DNA of 63,195 bases, the filler included, from Reticulomyxa filosa (lineage: Eukaryota > Protista > Foraminifera), in the NCBI GenBank assembly GCA_000512085.1. It is 20 parts of 20 records of this genome, joined end to end, with 100 filler letters (N's around TTAATTAATTAA, not from the genome) between each part and the next. Parts side by side here need not be neighbours in the genome. Positions count along the whole stretch, not along the records: positions 1 to 8,043 come from ASPP01001139.1; positions 8,144 to 13,287 come from ASPP01017947.1; 18 more parts are not named here. One strand, given 5' to 3'. The notes below the pieces were generated by a model that had not been told where the DNA came from, searched no databases, and was given only the letters and a program-made list of their open reading frames with translations. Shown here one piece after another: positions 1 to 11,700 of the stretch (within the stretch, counting starts at the first letter, position 1; each line of letters begins with the position of its first letter). The position numbers were made by a program, and so were the translations under genes.

Positions 1-978
1 TGATTGTGATTGTGATTGTGATTGAGATTGAGATGAAGTGGGTTTCCTACAATCATGAAATAAGCACCAAAGATTAGTAATATTACTACAAGAATTATGA
101 CCAATGCCATCCACAATCAAATGGATATGACATAAACGTTGAATGCTATCATACAAAATGGAGTTGAATCGACAATTGGTCTTGTCGCAAAGATAAGTTT
201 TAAACGAACACATATCGGATTCCTTTTGCAAGTGATCAATAATAGCAGAATCATCCACAAATAACTCAAAGGCATAGCGATTGCGCAATGTGTGTTCGTT
301 GGTATCTATAAAGATATCATCAAATTCGGGTAAGAAATATTCGACTCCACAATATTGAATAAGCACTGTCCCCATCGGAATATCGCATTTGGCTTTCAAT
401 CCTATTTGTCCATTTAACCAATGAGCATTATCATTTTGTTCGATCTTTACTTGGTCCAACATTTCATCACAAGTCATTGTTTTATACTCCAATTCCGTTT
501 TATTGCCAGTGCCATTTTTCCTTGAATTTTTATTTATTTTTACTTCTGATGGAATTACACAGCGTTGTGGATTCGAATTCCATTCACCATTAAGTTCAAT
601 AAATTTTTTGATACTGAGTGAATAACTTTTGTGCGATTTTTTATTTATTTCAATTGTCAGCTCCTTTTATTTTTATTTTCGTATATTTTTTTTCACATGA
701 CTAAACTTTTTTAAAAGTTTTTTTTTAACATTTCTAAACACGCTGCGACAAAATGTACGGACTTGGCCAACATGACTGCTACATTGGAAAAAAGACCCAA
801 TGTTCATGTCATTCTTCCATAGCTCCACTTTCCATAGACGTGGTGGTTCACCATTAATCACAAGATCGCCCAAATAGTTCGTCCTTGATTGCAATTCCAC
901 AAGTCTTTGCTTCAGCTTTTTATTCTTTTCTTTTGCGTCGATCAATCTCTTTTGAGGTTCCTTCAAATCAATTATCAT
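1..978 (-). CDS. SET-domain (lysine methyltransferase-like) protein, 3'-truncated by the window start; 2 exons (intron ~729-664)
   Basis: Manual translation of 663->1 is open throughout: ...WLNGQIGLKAKCDIPMGTVLIQYCG...RYAFEL...LIVDGIG...FHDCRK, matching SET motifs (GxG-L-A---I--G--I-EY-G, IDg, NHxC-like). A 66-nt GT..AG phase-0 intron joins it in frame to ORF 978-730. Confidence 0.6.
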
Positions 979-1636
979 TTCTTTGTATTTTTTTGCCTGT
1001 ATTTTCGTTTACATTTTCCACAATACAAAACACTTTACCAATCTTTATTATTTTAAAAAAATAACCTTACCTGCGACAAAAAAAAATCAATTTCTTCCTG
1101 CTGCCTTTCATAGGCAAGTGCCAATTCCAGGCAATCTTTTTTTTTTTTTCAAACTCCTCTGGAGTATCCTCCTCCACCTTTAACATTTCTAAGAGTAATT
1201 TTTTTTTTTTGTAAAAAAAAGTTAACCCCTGTTTTCGTTGTTTACTTGTTTTTTCTTTGTGGAATATGTATTTGTTATAATAGTGATGCAGATAACTATT
1301 GTTTGATGGATTATCATATTATTGATAAGAAAAAAGAATTTTCAATTGGAAGTTACGGAAAAGATAGATTAATTGTTATTTTTAATTTTTAATTTTTTAT
1401 TTTATCAAAAAATGATAATATAAAATCAACTAGACATCAAATAAAGTCATTGAAAAAATGTGGTTAATCAGTTTATATTCATCAAAAATCCTTCTGAAAC
1501 GATTTGTAGACTGATCACAACAAGCTCAACAAAATTCTTTTTGTTGTAAGGATTTTCTTTTTTTTGGCAGAATGAACTATTGAAAGACAAGGGAGAAACA
1601 TAAAGGCAATAAAGTTGTAAGACTAAGATTTAAGGA

Positions 1637-2061
1637 ATGACGAGCAGTCAAAAAGTACGACTAGGAGCTGGAGGATCTCGACGCCCTGAAGCGGCCCTTA
1701 AAAAATTTACGTTTAAGCAAATTCAAGAGAAGGTAGCAGAGCGATGGCAAATACCAGAATATTATGATATATTAATGGAAGCTGCAGAAAAAGAGGATGA
1801 TGAGGGAGTGTATTTTAACTTAAGGCACCGATCGTCCCAGTCAGAAATTAGTCCGAGATGCCTGCAGGCACATAGGTAGACCAAAACACACTTTTTTTGG
1901 TGTTGTTGAGACTTGATTTGTGCGTATGTGTGTGCGTATAATGATCAAAAGGCATTCCAGAACGATTGAGAGGAAAGATATGGAAGATATTGCTTGATGT
2001 TCCCACTAAGAAAGCACAAATGGTTCGTGAATATGAAAAGATAAAAAACAACAATAAAAAC

Positions 2062-2093
<32 letters not shown>

Positions 2094-2733
2094 CAATAAT
2101 AATAATAACAATAATAATAATGATGATAATGATACCAATGACGATAATAATGAGATAATAAATGAAATTACTCCAATAAAGGCAGATATAGCAATGATCG
2201 ATGTCGAAGGGGACTCGAGTATGAACATATACGCGCCTTTGAGGGAAGACCCCCCTCATTTATCGAACCAACGCGTGATTCAAGCGGATATTGAGAGAAC
2301 GCGTCCCAATTTGAAGTGCTTCCAAGAGCCACATGTTCGAAGAGAAATGGAAATCATATTGACCGAGTACTGCCATCGCTATCAAGTGAGCTACAAGCAG
2401 GGAATGAATTACATACTGGCCCCGTTTTTTATGGTCGAAATGAAAGATCGAACTGACATTTATTTGTCATTTCAATCATTTTTAGAAAAGTATTTGAACT
2501 CAACCTTCAAAGACGACGAATTTGGATCCTTGCAATGTATCTTTCGTTTGTTTCGATTGCTTGCGCAGTATCACGATCCTTCTCTCAGTGTATTTTTAGA
2601 CCAACATGAGATTGTCCCTGAGGTTGGTTATTTATCATATATACTTTTTTTATTTTTATTTATTTGATTAACAACCAAATGACAAAAAAAGATAATATGT
2701 CAATCTCTTTAATTTATCTTGTCTTGTTTATAT

Positions 2734-2776
<43 letters not shown>

Positions 2777-5776
2777 AATGAACAGTTGTTTGCGTCTGGC
2801 TGGTTTATGACAATCCATGCAAACAAGTCGGATCAAGCGACGCTGCTGCATTTGTGGGACGAAATTTTGTTGGAAGCAGACACGTGCTTCCACTATTTTG
2901 TGGACTTGGAATTGCTGAAATTTAACAAGGAAAATATCATGGAAAGGTCGAGCGAAGAACTGCCTCAGTTTCTGGTGAACATGTTAATTGAAGACAAAGA
3001 TCACGCGCGAAGACTGATCAAAGAAGCACACAAAACATCGCACAACACACCCTCTTCTTTCCATGAATTGTTGCACAAGTGTTCCAAACACCAAGTGACA
3101 GTAGATGGTGATTTGTACTCACTTTTAGAACGCTTGCCGTGTTTGTCTATCGAATGCAGGGAATTGATTGGTCATTGCTATGCCGATACATTGCTTGCAC
3201 AAAGTGCTGAAAGTATTCGAGACAGTTTGCCATTACTTTTTCTTTTCTTTCTTTTTCCTTAATCTGTCACTGTTTTGACTGTATGTTAACATAAGCGTCG
3301 CCATTAACTCCGGCCATCCAAGCAGACGCAAGCAAAGGTCGATTCAATTTGAAGCGCAAAAAAGCAAGACGATCTTCAAAGATTACGACGTCTTCGTCTT
3401 CGACTTCGCTTTTGCCGACCGCGACGTCGGAGGCCAGTACCGACGCCGCGACAAATGCCACGCAAAGAGAAAACGACAAAGGGAAGGACGGCGACACCGA
3501 CAATAAAGATACAACGAGCAGCGATCACAATAATGACAACGCAAATGACATTGGCAATGCAAACGACAACAATATGGACTCGAATAATGCAAACAACGAA
3601 GATGCGGACTCAAAACAAAAAAAAATGAGTCCAAGAAAGGTTCGAAAGCAATTGAAACAAGCAGCAAAATACGCCGAACAAAAGCATTTGAAATTTTTTA
3701 TTATCGATTGCAGACCAAAGGAACAATTTGAAGCGGGACATTTGCCGTGTGCTTTTCATTTGGATCCCACTTTGGTAACTATTTATTTATCTGTGTTAAT
3801 ATGTGTTATGTGTGATAAATGCATTGCAATGTCCCAATAATAATTACAGGATGTTTCGAGCGAAGAGCTGCGCGAAAAGTTAATGTCTTTGTTATCAATG
3901 AGTGGCTGTCACTTTGTACTATTTGGTAACGGCCGAAGTGAAACGGAGGCACCCCCTCGTTTTTATGGGTCTCCTCACAACCATGCCAACGCTGATTCCG
4001 AATCTCGTGGCAATGACAACGAGTCGGGCAAAGGAAAAACGTATGGCTCGTCGTCAGTGCGGAACTCAGCCAAGCAATAATTTTTGCAACGAAGCTATTT
4101 GATGTCTTTTTAGAAAAACGCGTGAATACATATCCATTTGCGAAGGGGGATATGCGGGCTGTCACGAACTAATTGTCAAAGATTTGGAGCTAATCGATCA
4201 CGACCCGGACAAATGCATCGAATGTAACGAAAAGTGGAAGCAATGGTCGATGATCACGTCCATGAAACAAAAACTGACAGAGGCCGCACAAGGCATGAAG
4301 CGTCGTGTCATTCAATCCATACCCTCGTCGTCGTCTGTGATCAATCCCACCTCGCTCATTCCTTCCAACAAACGCAATGCTTCTTCTTCGCAACCCACAA
4401 AGACTATGCCTTGTTATGACGCTGCCGAATTGTGCAATTATTTCGATTCCAAAGAGATCCCGTCTCATCTTACACAAATCCATTTGTGCAAAAATGATCC
4501 CATGATTATGATATTTTTATCCATTGTTAATTTGTTGTGTTTTTTATTATTATTATTATTATTTTTCCTCTTTCGTTTGCAATTTCCAATTCTCAAAGTT
4601 CAAATGCTAATCCCCTTTTTCCCCTCCTCTGTATGTCTGGCCATGCGGCTGAAGCACAGTTGAGAGACAAAGAGACCAAAGACATTGAAAGATTTCGGAT
4701 GGCGACGCAAAAGATACTTTTGTTGATGTTTCAACAAATATTGCAATATTATTACTGTGAAATTGAACACATTGGGACTGTCGCGACCGAACACATTACT
4801 GCAACGGATTTGATCCCTTCCTTCAAACATGTCCCTTCTTCTCCCGCCTATTCTCCTCTGATGTTTACTCAAGTCACGAAACAGTCGCCTTTTGATTCAC
4901 CGTTTACATGCCTTGTCGGGGGTACTACTTGACTTGCTATTTACTATCTTACATAACAACAGCAATAACAATAATATTGGTTTTTTTTTTTGTTTTTCAA
5001 TATTATCTCCATTTTCTTTTGCAATTGGTCAGATCGTGGAATATATGGAGTCGCTCTGAACGACAGCAGCGAACATGCTCTGCAGAACGTATTGCAGTGT
5101 TTTGCTCCAATGATAAAAAGCGCGATCGGAACGTTGAAAGTAGAAGAGTTCTTCACACAAGACAAACATGGCACTCTTCGCTCCAATCGACAAGCGATCG
5201 CATTAATGCCCAAAGATATCAACAGCAGAGTTGTTATGTTGTTTCATCCGGTTGTTATCCAAAACGAACTCAATTCCGCACTCGAAGCCTTGCTAAGAGT
5301 TTAACAAAACACACTTAATGTTTTAATCACAGAGGAACAAAAAAAAAAATTGTCTCAATACACAAACACAGCTCGGTGCAGTTGAAAAAGATATCATTGT
5401 ACTTACGCTTATTGCGTCTCGGACAGCTTTAATAGCTTTAGTCGAACGCTTTTCTCACGTTCATGTATGGTGTGCTTGTGTCGACACAATGGAACACGGC
5501 AAAATCACTCCCGGAATTGGAAGCTTTGAGCAAAGATACAAATTCATCAAACCAAAGGGTTCAAAGAAAAAATCGCAAACTGCCAAAATAAAAACGCCGG
5601 AAAACAATGATGACAATGACAGTCCAGCAAACACACCTATGTCACCCGATCGTCCTGGACAAAGCGCAACTGATAATCACGAAAACAACGACGGCGAACA
5701 TAGCCATCCACACAATGTCCGCAGTGAGGATGTTACAGAAAAAGTCGAATCGCAACAACAAAGTCAAAGTACATAA
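1637..5776 (+). CDS. Multi-exon TBC (Rab-GAP) + rhodanese-like + C-terminal degenerate uracil phosphoribosyltransferase-fold protein (TBC1D23/TBCK-like N-terminal half)
   Basis: TBC motifs GIPERLRGKIWKILL, IQADIERT and YKQGMN. Rhodanese motif FFIIDCRPKEQFEAGHLPCAFHLDP...EGGY. UPRTase-like segments LRDKET, MPKDINSRVVMLFHP and ITPGIGSFEQRY. Phase-consistent GT-AG introns at 4526-4659, 4922-5032 and 5299-5371; the 5' exon structure is unresolved. Confidence 0.8.
2048..2120 (+). repeat. (AAT/AAC)n microsatellite encoding poly-Asn inside the TBC domain
   Basis: Direct trinucleotide repeat, in frame with ORF 1966..2667. Confidence 0.95.
2734..2776 (+). repeat. Intronic (GAT)n microsatellite
   Basis: Direct repeat just before the acceptor AACAG at ~2785. 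Confidence 0.9.
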
Positions 5777-7340
5777 CCATAATACTCAAATGTTAAACAA
5801 TCATCTCCCCATCACATTGGGAAAAATCATAAGTAAACAAAAGACTTGAATTAATGTCTATCTTCTTGTTTTTTTTGTTTTGTTTAAATATGCTATTTTT
5901 GTTGCTTAATGTTACCATTCTTTGAACAACAAATTCTTCTTCTTCGGATTCGCAAAAGCATCCGCTCAAGTAGTCATTGTTGAAAATATGTTCAAAGTTC
6001 ATTGAACAAAATTGTATTCACAAGCTTTGTTTAAAAAATATGTTTCACCGTTTTCATAATTGTAAGAAATTTAAAGTGGACGAGTTGAGCATAGATCTTT
6101 TTAAGGAATCATTTTGAAATATCAAAGTAGTATTTTATTGGAGAATTCTTTTTTGACAAAAAATAACTTGAAAATTATCAAACAATCGTATTGAAGAATT
6201 CATATATAGGTAAATATTACCAAGAGAGTAGTTCCTTCAGTCGATCCACTATAAAGTTATCAAAGTAATTTTAATATTTATAGCATTACTGATATGAAGG
6301 ACAATCGCTCTACGATGCTCTATTGCTTAGATCACTAAGAGCGAAAGCGAGTTCAAAGATGTGGAGATTTGGAATGCCGATTTGCTTTGCTAAAGATATC
6401 AAAGAAAACAGACAAATCTTTGACGCAATGGAAAACATAACATTAATGTTACAAGTAGAAAATTCAAATCATTTCTAATTGTTAAAGTGTTACGTGAGTA
6501 ACAAAAGTCCGCACATGAAAATACAAATCTTTTATCTCTTTGTAGTGCAATGCCCTACTAATTACAGGAGAAGTTCCGTATGAACGATGGAACCCTTTTT
6601 CCTCAGCAACCTTCACTGTCTTCTTCACTTTTCTGTTTTCTTATTTCTTTGTCAGTGAGTTGTTTATCTCTTTATTATTTAACTACTCTTGTTTTCCTTT
6701 TCAAAACTCTTTTAGTAATTACTTTCTTGCTACACTTTGGTGCTGCCTCTCACTCTTCCTACGTCTTCTTTGTTTAATTGCGTTTTATTATTTTTGTAAT
6801 TTTGCACTCAGTACAAAGTTTTTTGTTTTATTTACTCGTTTTTTTCATTAATATTTTAACTAAAACGTATAAAGAGAAAACGAGTTTGTTTTTTTTATTA
6901 AATTAAAAAAAAAAAGATGACATATGGAGTCATTATGATGTGGAATATCCCTTAAGTAAAAAATAAGAACATGACAAAACACTAAAACTGAAACTAATTC
7001 ATCAGAGTTAAAGTATTACATGTTTTTCAAGGAGTTATATGCATGTTGTTTGCAATTTGTTGAACTTTCATTAGTTTGATGCATTTGCTTTTTTGTTTTT
7101 ATAATATACTTCTGCCAAATTTCTATTTTGGATTTTTTGGAAAAGGAATAAATACATTTTTTTTCGTTTGTTGTTTGCGATATTTAATTAGTTCTTGAAT
7201 AAAGTAGTACATTGTCCCGCGTTCCAATGCAGCATGTTGCAAGGAAAAAATTCAGTGGGCTTTGAACTTGAAAAATTCGCTTGTCAGGGTTTTTTCGGCT
7301 CTTAATCCGACGAAAATCAAGTATCGAGTTCAAATAGATA

Positions 7341-8043
7341 ATGTCGGACGAGAAAACTGAACATAGCATTTCCATAAATCCTCCGGATGACGTGTCACCG
7401 GTATCTTTGCAGAACGTGTCAGCTCCGCTGTCGCCCTTACAAGAAGATAAATCATCAACAACACCCCAAGAAAAGAAATCTCCATCCAAGAGACTTTCTA
7501 GATTATCTAGCGGTCAGATATATTTCTGAGATAACCTAAAACCTAATATTGTGTATATCTTTATTTGTGGTGTAAGTAAATTTTAAATCACTTCAAAAGA
7601 GTACTCACAAATAAGTACGAATTAAGCATTAAAAAAAACAAAAAAATAGGCGAAAGCTTGGATGAGTTGCCGGCAAAGTCAACAGGACTACACGAATCGC
7701 AGGGATTAAAACGAATGAGCTCGCGTTCGAAAATCGGACAAGCTCACATCCGCAGTTCTTCGCAGTTGTCAGTGTCATCAGCACACGAAGATGAAGATTC
7801 GGTGAGCGTGGATTCAGAAGTAGTCTACGTTCCGGGAATGAAGATAAATGATGAAGAGGCGAAAAACTTATTAAAGCAATTGACAGATAAAAAAAAAGAG
7901 CTGAGTCGATGTCAAGCGGAGCTGCGTAAAGTAAACGCGGAAATGAAATCGCTGCAGACGTCGCATGACAATCAATTGCGACGTCTACAAACCCAAATTG
8001 AAAAGTTGGAAAAGGCAAAAGAAGAGGCGTTATCGATAAAAGA
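7341..8043 (+). CDS. Ser-rich/coiled-coil protein, N-terminal part (2 exons, truncated by contig end)
   Basis: ATG at 7341, intron ~7513-7650, second exon with heptad-like K/E/Q/L pattern running into the linker. Confidence 0.6.
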
Positions 8044-8143
8044 NNNNNNNNNNNNNNNNNNNNNNNNNNNNNNNNNNNNNNNNNNNNTTAATTAATTAAN
8101 NNNNNNNNNNNNNNNNNNNNNNNNNNNNNNNNNNNNNNNNNNN
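8044..8143. other. Artificial contig linker (N~44-TTAATTAATTAA-N~44); first of 19
   Basis: Identical core at 8088, 13332, 17253, 21828, 24316, 25469, 27261, 28601, 37839, 39035, 40746, 41932, 48751, 50885, 52023, 56744, 59352, 60452 and 61664; it places stops in all six frames. Confidence 0.99.
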
Positions 8144-8460
8144 AAACTGTATTATCATCTGATCCAGAACAAATGAATTGATAATCATCAAATATTGAAT
8201 AATCAATACTCTGCACAATGCTTGTATGTCCAGTGAATGTATTGATTAATTTGGATGATGAACGAAATGTGTCAAACATGAAGAAAGTAGATACCTATGT
8301 TAAATAAACATTTGAATATTTTGATTAATGTTTAAAAAAGAAAGAAACAAATGAACTAACATAATTGACAACAGTTTGTCAAAATCTTTGATCCATCCTA
8401 ATTTAATGTTTAATGTTCGAATCCAATGATGAATAATTATTTGAATCTCTTCTTCTTTTG
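8144..8460 (-). pseudogene. 5' part of an expanded-family WD40 gene; apparent 1-nt deletion in the module exon
   Basis: KEEEIQIIIHHWIRTLNIKLGWIKDFDK exon, then MFDTFRSSSKLINTFTGH...FICSGSDDNTV, paralogous to 54908..56297. AAACTGTTGTC lacks one base compared with paralogues. Confidence 0.65.
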
Positions 8461-9235
8461 ACTGTTTCAATCATAAAGCAAAATGGGAAAAACAATATAA
8501 CAAAAACATAACTAAAGAACTTAAACGAAACTTTCATTACTAAGTTAAAGTATCTTCTTTTTTTTACTTGAGATGATCTTTGATGATGCTTTTTTTAAGG
8601 GCACGAAGGGTCAATAAAAATTGAAATGAATTTGTTTTATTTACTAAATATAAACTTTGTAATGAGAACAACAAGAAATTTTTTTAAATTTACTCAAAAT
8701 TATATGAAATGGGCAATTTGAATGCACAAGCACGTACAATTGAATATGAATTATTGTTTTTTTGAAAACTCATTTCAAACAATTCCCGTTAATAGTTTAC
8801 GAAGTGTTTTTAGACTGGATTATTGGATTTAGAGTTATTCTTTGTTCAATGTTTTTTCATTGGTTCTTATTTTATTTTTTTTGACAAAGAGCTCTCTTTA
8901 AAATTCTTTTTTTGCAAATATGCAATTAATTCATAAATACGTTCAAGAAAAAGATATTAATGATTTTATCGCAATTTGGTGAATAATAAATAAAATAAAA
9001 TAGATAATTTTCCGTCATTCATCCAATCTCTTAAAGGTACAAAATGTTAATATTTTAATGTACTTTATCCTGTCCCAATAATTTCCAAAAACACAAAAAT
9101 GAATTGTACAAAGACCAATTTGAATAATTTTCATAACTTTAAATATTTTTAATTTTTCAAAAAAAAACAACTATGTTTTGATTTAAAAACTAAAAATAAT
9201 AGTGTAATAATATCAAAAGTATCAAGTGTTTTCAT

Positions 9236-9480
9236 TTGAAACATATTAAATTTTTGACATTTTTTTATTACACATTTGTAAAAAAGATACACCTTTCATT
9301 AGATGGTTCTAAAGTTATTTCATATTCAAATGACAACACTATTCAAATATGGGATGTGTTTTTAGAGAAACAAATGAAAGTACTAGAAGGACATAATGAA
9401 GCTATTAATTACATTTTTGTATCATCCGATGATTTAAAATCAGTGTCGTGTTCTCGTGATAAAACAATTCGATGATGAGA
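9236..9480 (+). pseudogene. Degenerate WD40 fragment (SPDG-type subfamily)
   Basis: SLDGSKVISYSNDNTIQIWD...LEGHNEAIN...SCSRDKTIR**D, with stops where LW is expected. Confidence 0.65.
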
Positions 9481-9699
9481 TAGTGATAAAGAAAAAATCA
9501 TCGACGTAATGATACAACTAAAAATAGAGACATCAACGTTATTTGTTTACAAAGGATATAATCATTAATTAGCAATTGAGACAATCTATTTTGTCTGATG
9601 TTATCCAAAATGTTCTATAAAAGGTAGATTAATGTGCATAAAATTGTATCATTTCCTCTAATTCTATTTTCGTTTCGTCAATATCGATTATTTCTTTGT

Positions 9700-9890
9700 C
9701 ATCCTCTATCCATTGTTCTTCTGTGCATTGGGATATATTCATCATCACCAACCATTCCAAGAATATGAATGAACATCTTGTCTTCACTTAATATGGCATG
9801 TCGTATCTGAATAAAACAGGCAAATCGTATTTATATTTCATCCATTTGTTTTCGGCTATGGAGTATTTGTGGATACATTTCTTCACTATG
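9700..9890 (-). pseudogene. Degenerate kelch-family C-terminal fragment
   Basis: Reverse strand gives KCIHKYSIAENKWMKYKYDLP / AILSEDKMFIHILG..MHRRT (frameshifted), aligning to the end of the 58504..58905 kelch ORF. Confidence 0.55.
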
Positions 9891-10256
9891 TTTTTTGGCC
9901 AATTTCTTATTTATTCGACTTTTCATCAATTGCACTGATTTATTTGCATAATTGTCGTTCTTACACTTTCGCTTATTCAAAAGCTGCAGTTTACAGTTAT
10001 CTGTTGGTTAGTCACTTCTTAAATTTCTATCTTAATAATTATCAAAAACAATTTTTTGTTGAAAGTAAAACTATTTGAATTTCATAAAGGCCTATAATGA
10101 ATTTGAACAAATAAGAAGTAAAAATTTATTGACTAATAAATTGTGTTCATTTTGATCATTTCATATCGTGACAATTCAAATTCATTGTTAGAAAACTGTG
10201 GTTTCTTTGAAAAGAGTCTTTGGGGACCAAAATTTTTCTTCACAACCATAAAAATT

Positions 10257-10420
10257 ATGGTTGTGAAATTAGTGGCGATATGAGACAGAGGTGTGGGTAA
10301 GACAAGTTTGTTGTTGATGTATACAGAAAAAGGCTACCCAACAACATATTAGTCCTCAGTTTTTGTCAGTGCACAAATAACCCTGCTCCTGCAAGGAAAA
10401 GAAATTTCTTGCCATTCTGT
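10257..10420 (+). pseudogene. Rho/Rac-family small GTPase relic
   Basis: MVVKLVAI*DRGVGKTSLLLMYTEKGYPTTY*SSVF...LQGKEI aligns to the Rho G1 and effector loop (KLVVVGDGAVGKT...YxPTVF), with two in-frame stops. Confidence 0.7.
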
Positions 10421-11191
10421 TCAAAAATTCAAAAAGAAAATTACACATTCCTTTTTAAAATTTGCCCATTATAGTTATTCCTTGGCATCCAAAACAATAT
10501 CATTAATTTTTATCAAATATATCCTGCAAAAACAGAACTAATCAAAACAGGATGTTACTTTTTAGACTGACTTTCTTTCAAAAAAAACTTAGTTTTGTTG
10601 TTTAAAAAAACTAAGATTTTCAAATTATTAATTCTAATCGAAAACATAAAAAGTATTTATAAAGTAACTTTATGTTTGATATTTTTTTGCATATTGGTTC
10701 CTTGTATATTTTTTGTTTTCGAGCACGCAAGATATCTCCGTAGACGTATCTTTTTTGAAATACGAAAGGAAATTTACTTTCGCACTAATTTTTCAACAAA
10801 TAAAACGAATTGAATAAAAGGGCTCAACCAAGAACAAAACAGGGCATGTTTTTCGTGAGTAGAAAAAAAGGAAAAGTTTTAGTCCCTTTTACGTATTGTA
10901 TAATCCTAAACCCATTCCGTCCAGCCAAAAAAAAATGAATCAATCATTGATCCAATAAAAATGTTTGACTTTATACTTCTTGTAGCTTGTTTGCGATTGA
11001 CACTTTAAAAAAGGTTTGCTTGATTTACGTCCCCTTTCATTAAAAAAAAATCAATTATTGAAACAATAGAAAAAAAGGTAATGCGGTCCACAATTTAACA
11101 TATTTTTGTAATCTCCTTTTTTTTCCAACAAAAAAAAGTTGTCCATCAACACGCCAATGAATCAGTATCCTTCTTTTTTTTTATTTACACA

Positions 11192-11700
11192 TCAAAATGT
11201 AACCAAAATTGGAAATCGAACAAAAGTGGCGCGTGCAATGTCAGTCCTGTTTGTAGTCAGACGTGCCCGTCTCAATTGCACCAACTTTGACATCCGCTTT
11301 GCCGCCTGCGTGACCTTTAATGCTCGAAACCTTTTGTTTGACTTTGTCAATGGGAACAAATATCCCAGCATTTTTCGTTTGGTCGATATTTTAAAGTACG
11401 ACTCGCCATTTACTGTTCCGTTATTCTTTCCTTCGTGTCCATCAGCCATTTCCAGTCCGACCCATATTCCTTTCCCAAATCCTGTTTTTCCTAAGTATCG
11501 AACCGTACCTGACCATTTCGGATATGACATAACACATCATACAATAGAATTTTTTGTTTTTATTTTTGGGAGAAGACCCCTTATCCCCCTTTTCAAACCC
11601 GATCCGTATACTATCTTACCAACTTTCCCGTCTGCTGTTTCATAGACAAAACCCATCTTCACTTCCAAGCCTTTTTTGTTTTTTTGGGCATTAAATTGTG
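11192..11700 (-). pseudogene. CAP-Gly domain gene fragment, probably decayed
   Basis: GTVRYLGKTGFGKGIWVGLEMADGHEGKNNGTVNGESYF is a canonical CAP-Gly (GKNNG); the upstream ORF holds a broken second repeat (GKVGKIVYG). Confidence 0.6.

Noticed and set aside
1810-1840. 31-nt mini-intron that would fix the first TBC exon
   Set aside because: Phase-compatible but much shorter than the other introns here; a sequencing indel explains it equally well, so it was not called
1848-2259. Poly-Leu/poly-Ile minus-strand ORFs
   Set aside because: Antisense shadows of the (AAT)n poly-Asn tract
6200-6800. Coding-like Lys/Glu-rich fragments
   Set aside because: Broken by stops in all frames, with no recognisable family
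8088-8099. Recurrent TTAATTAATTAA palindrome as a biological repeat or CRISPR-like array
   Set aside because: Always embedded in fixed-length N runs; it is a synthetic contig linker
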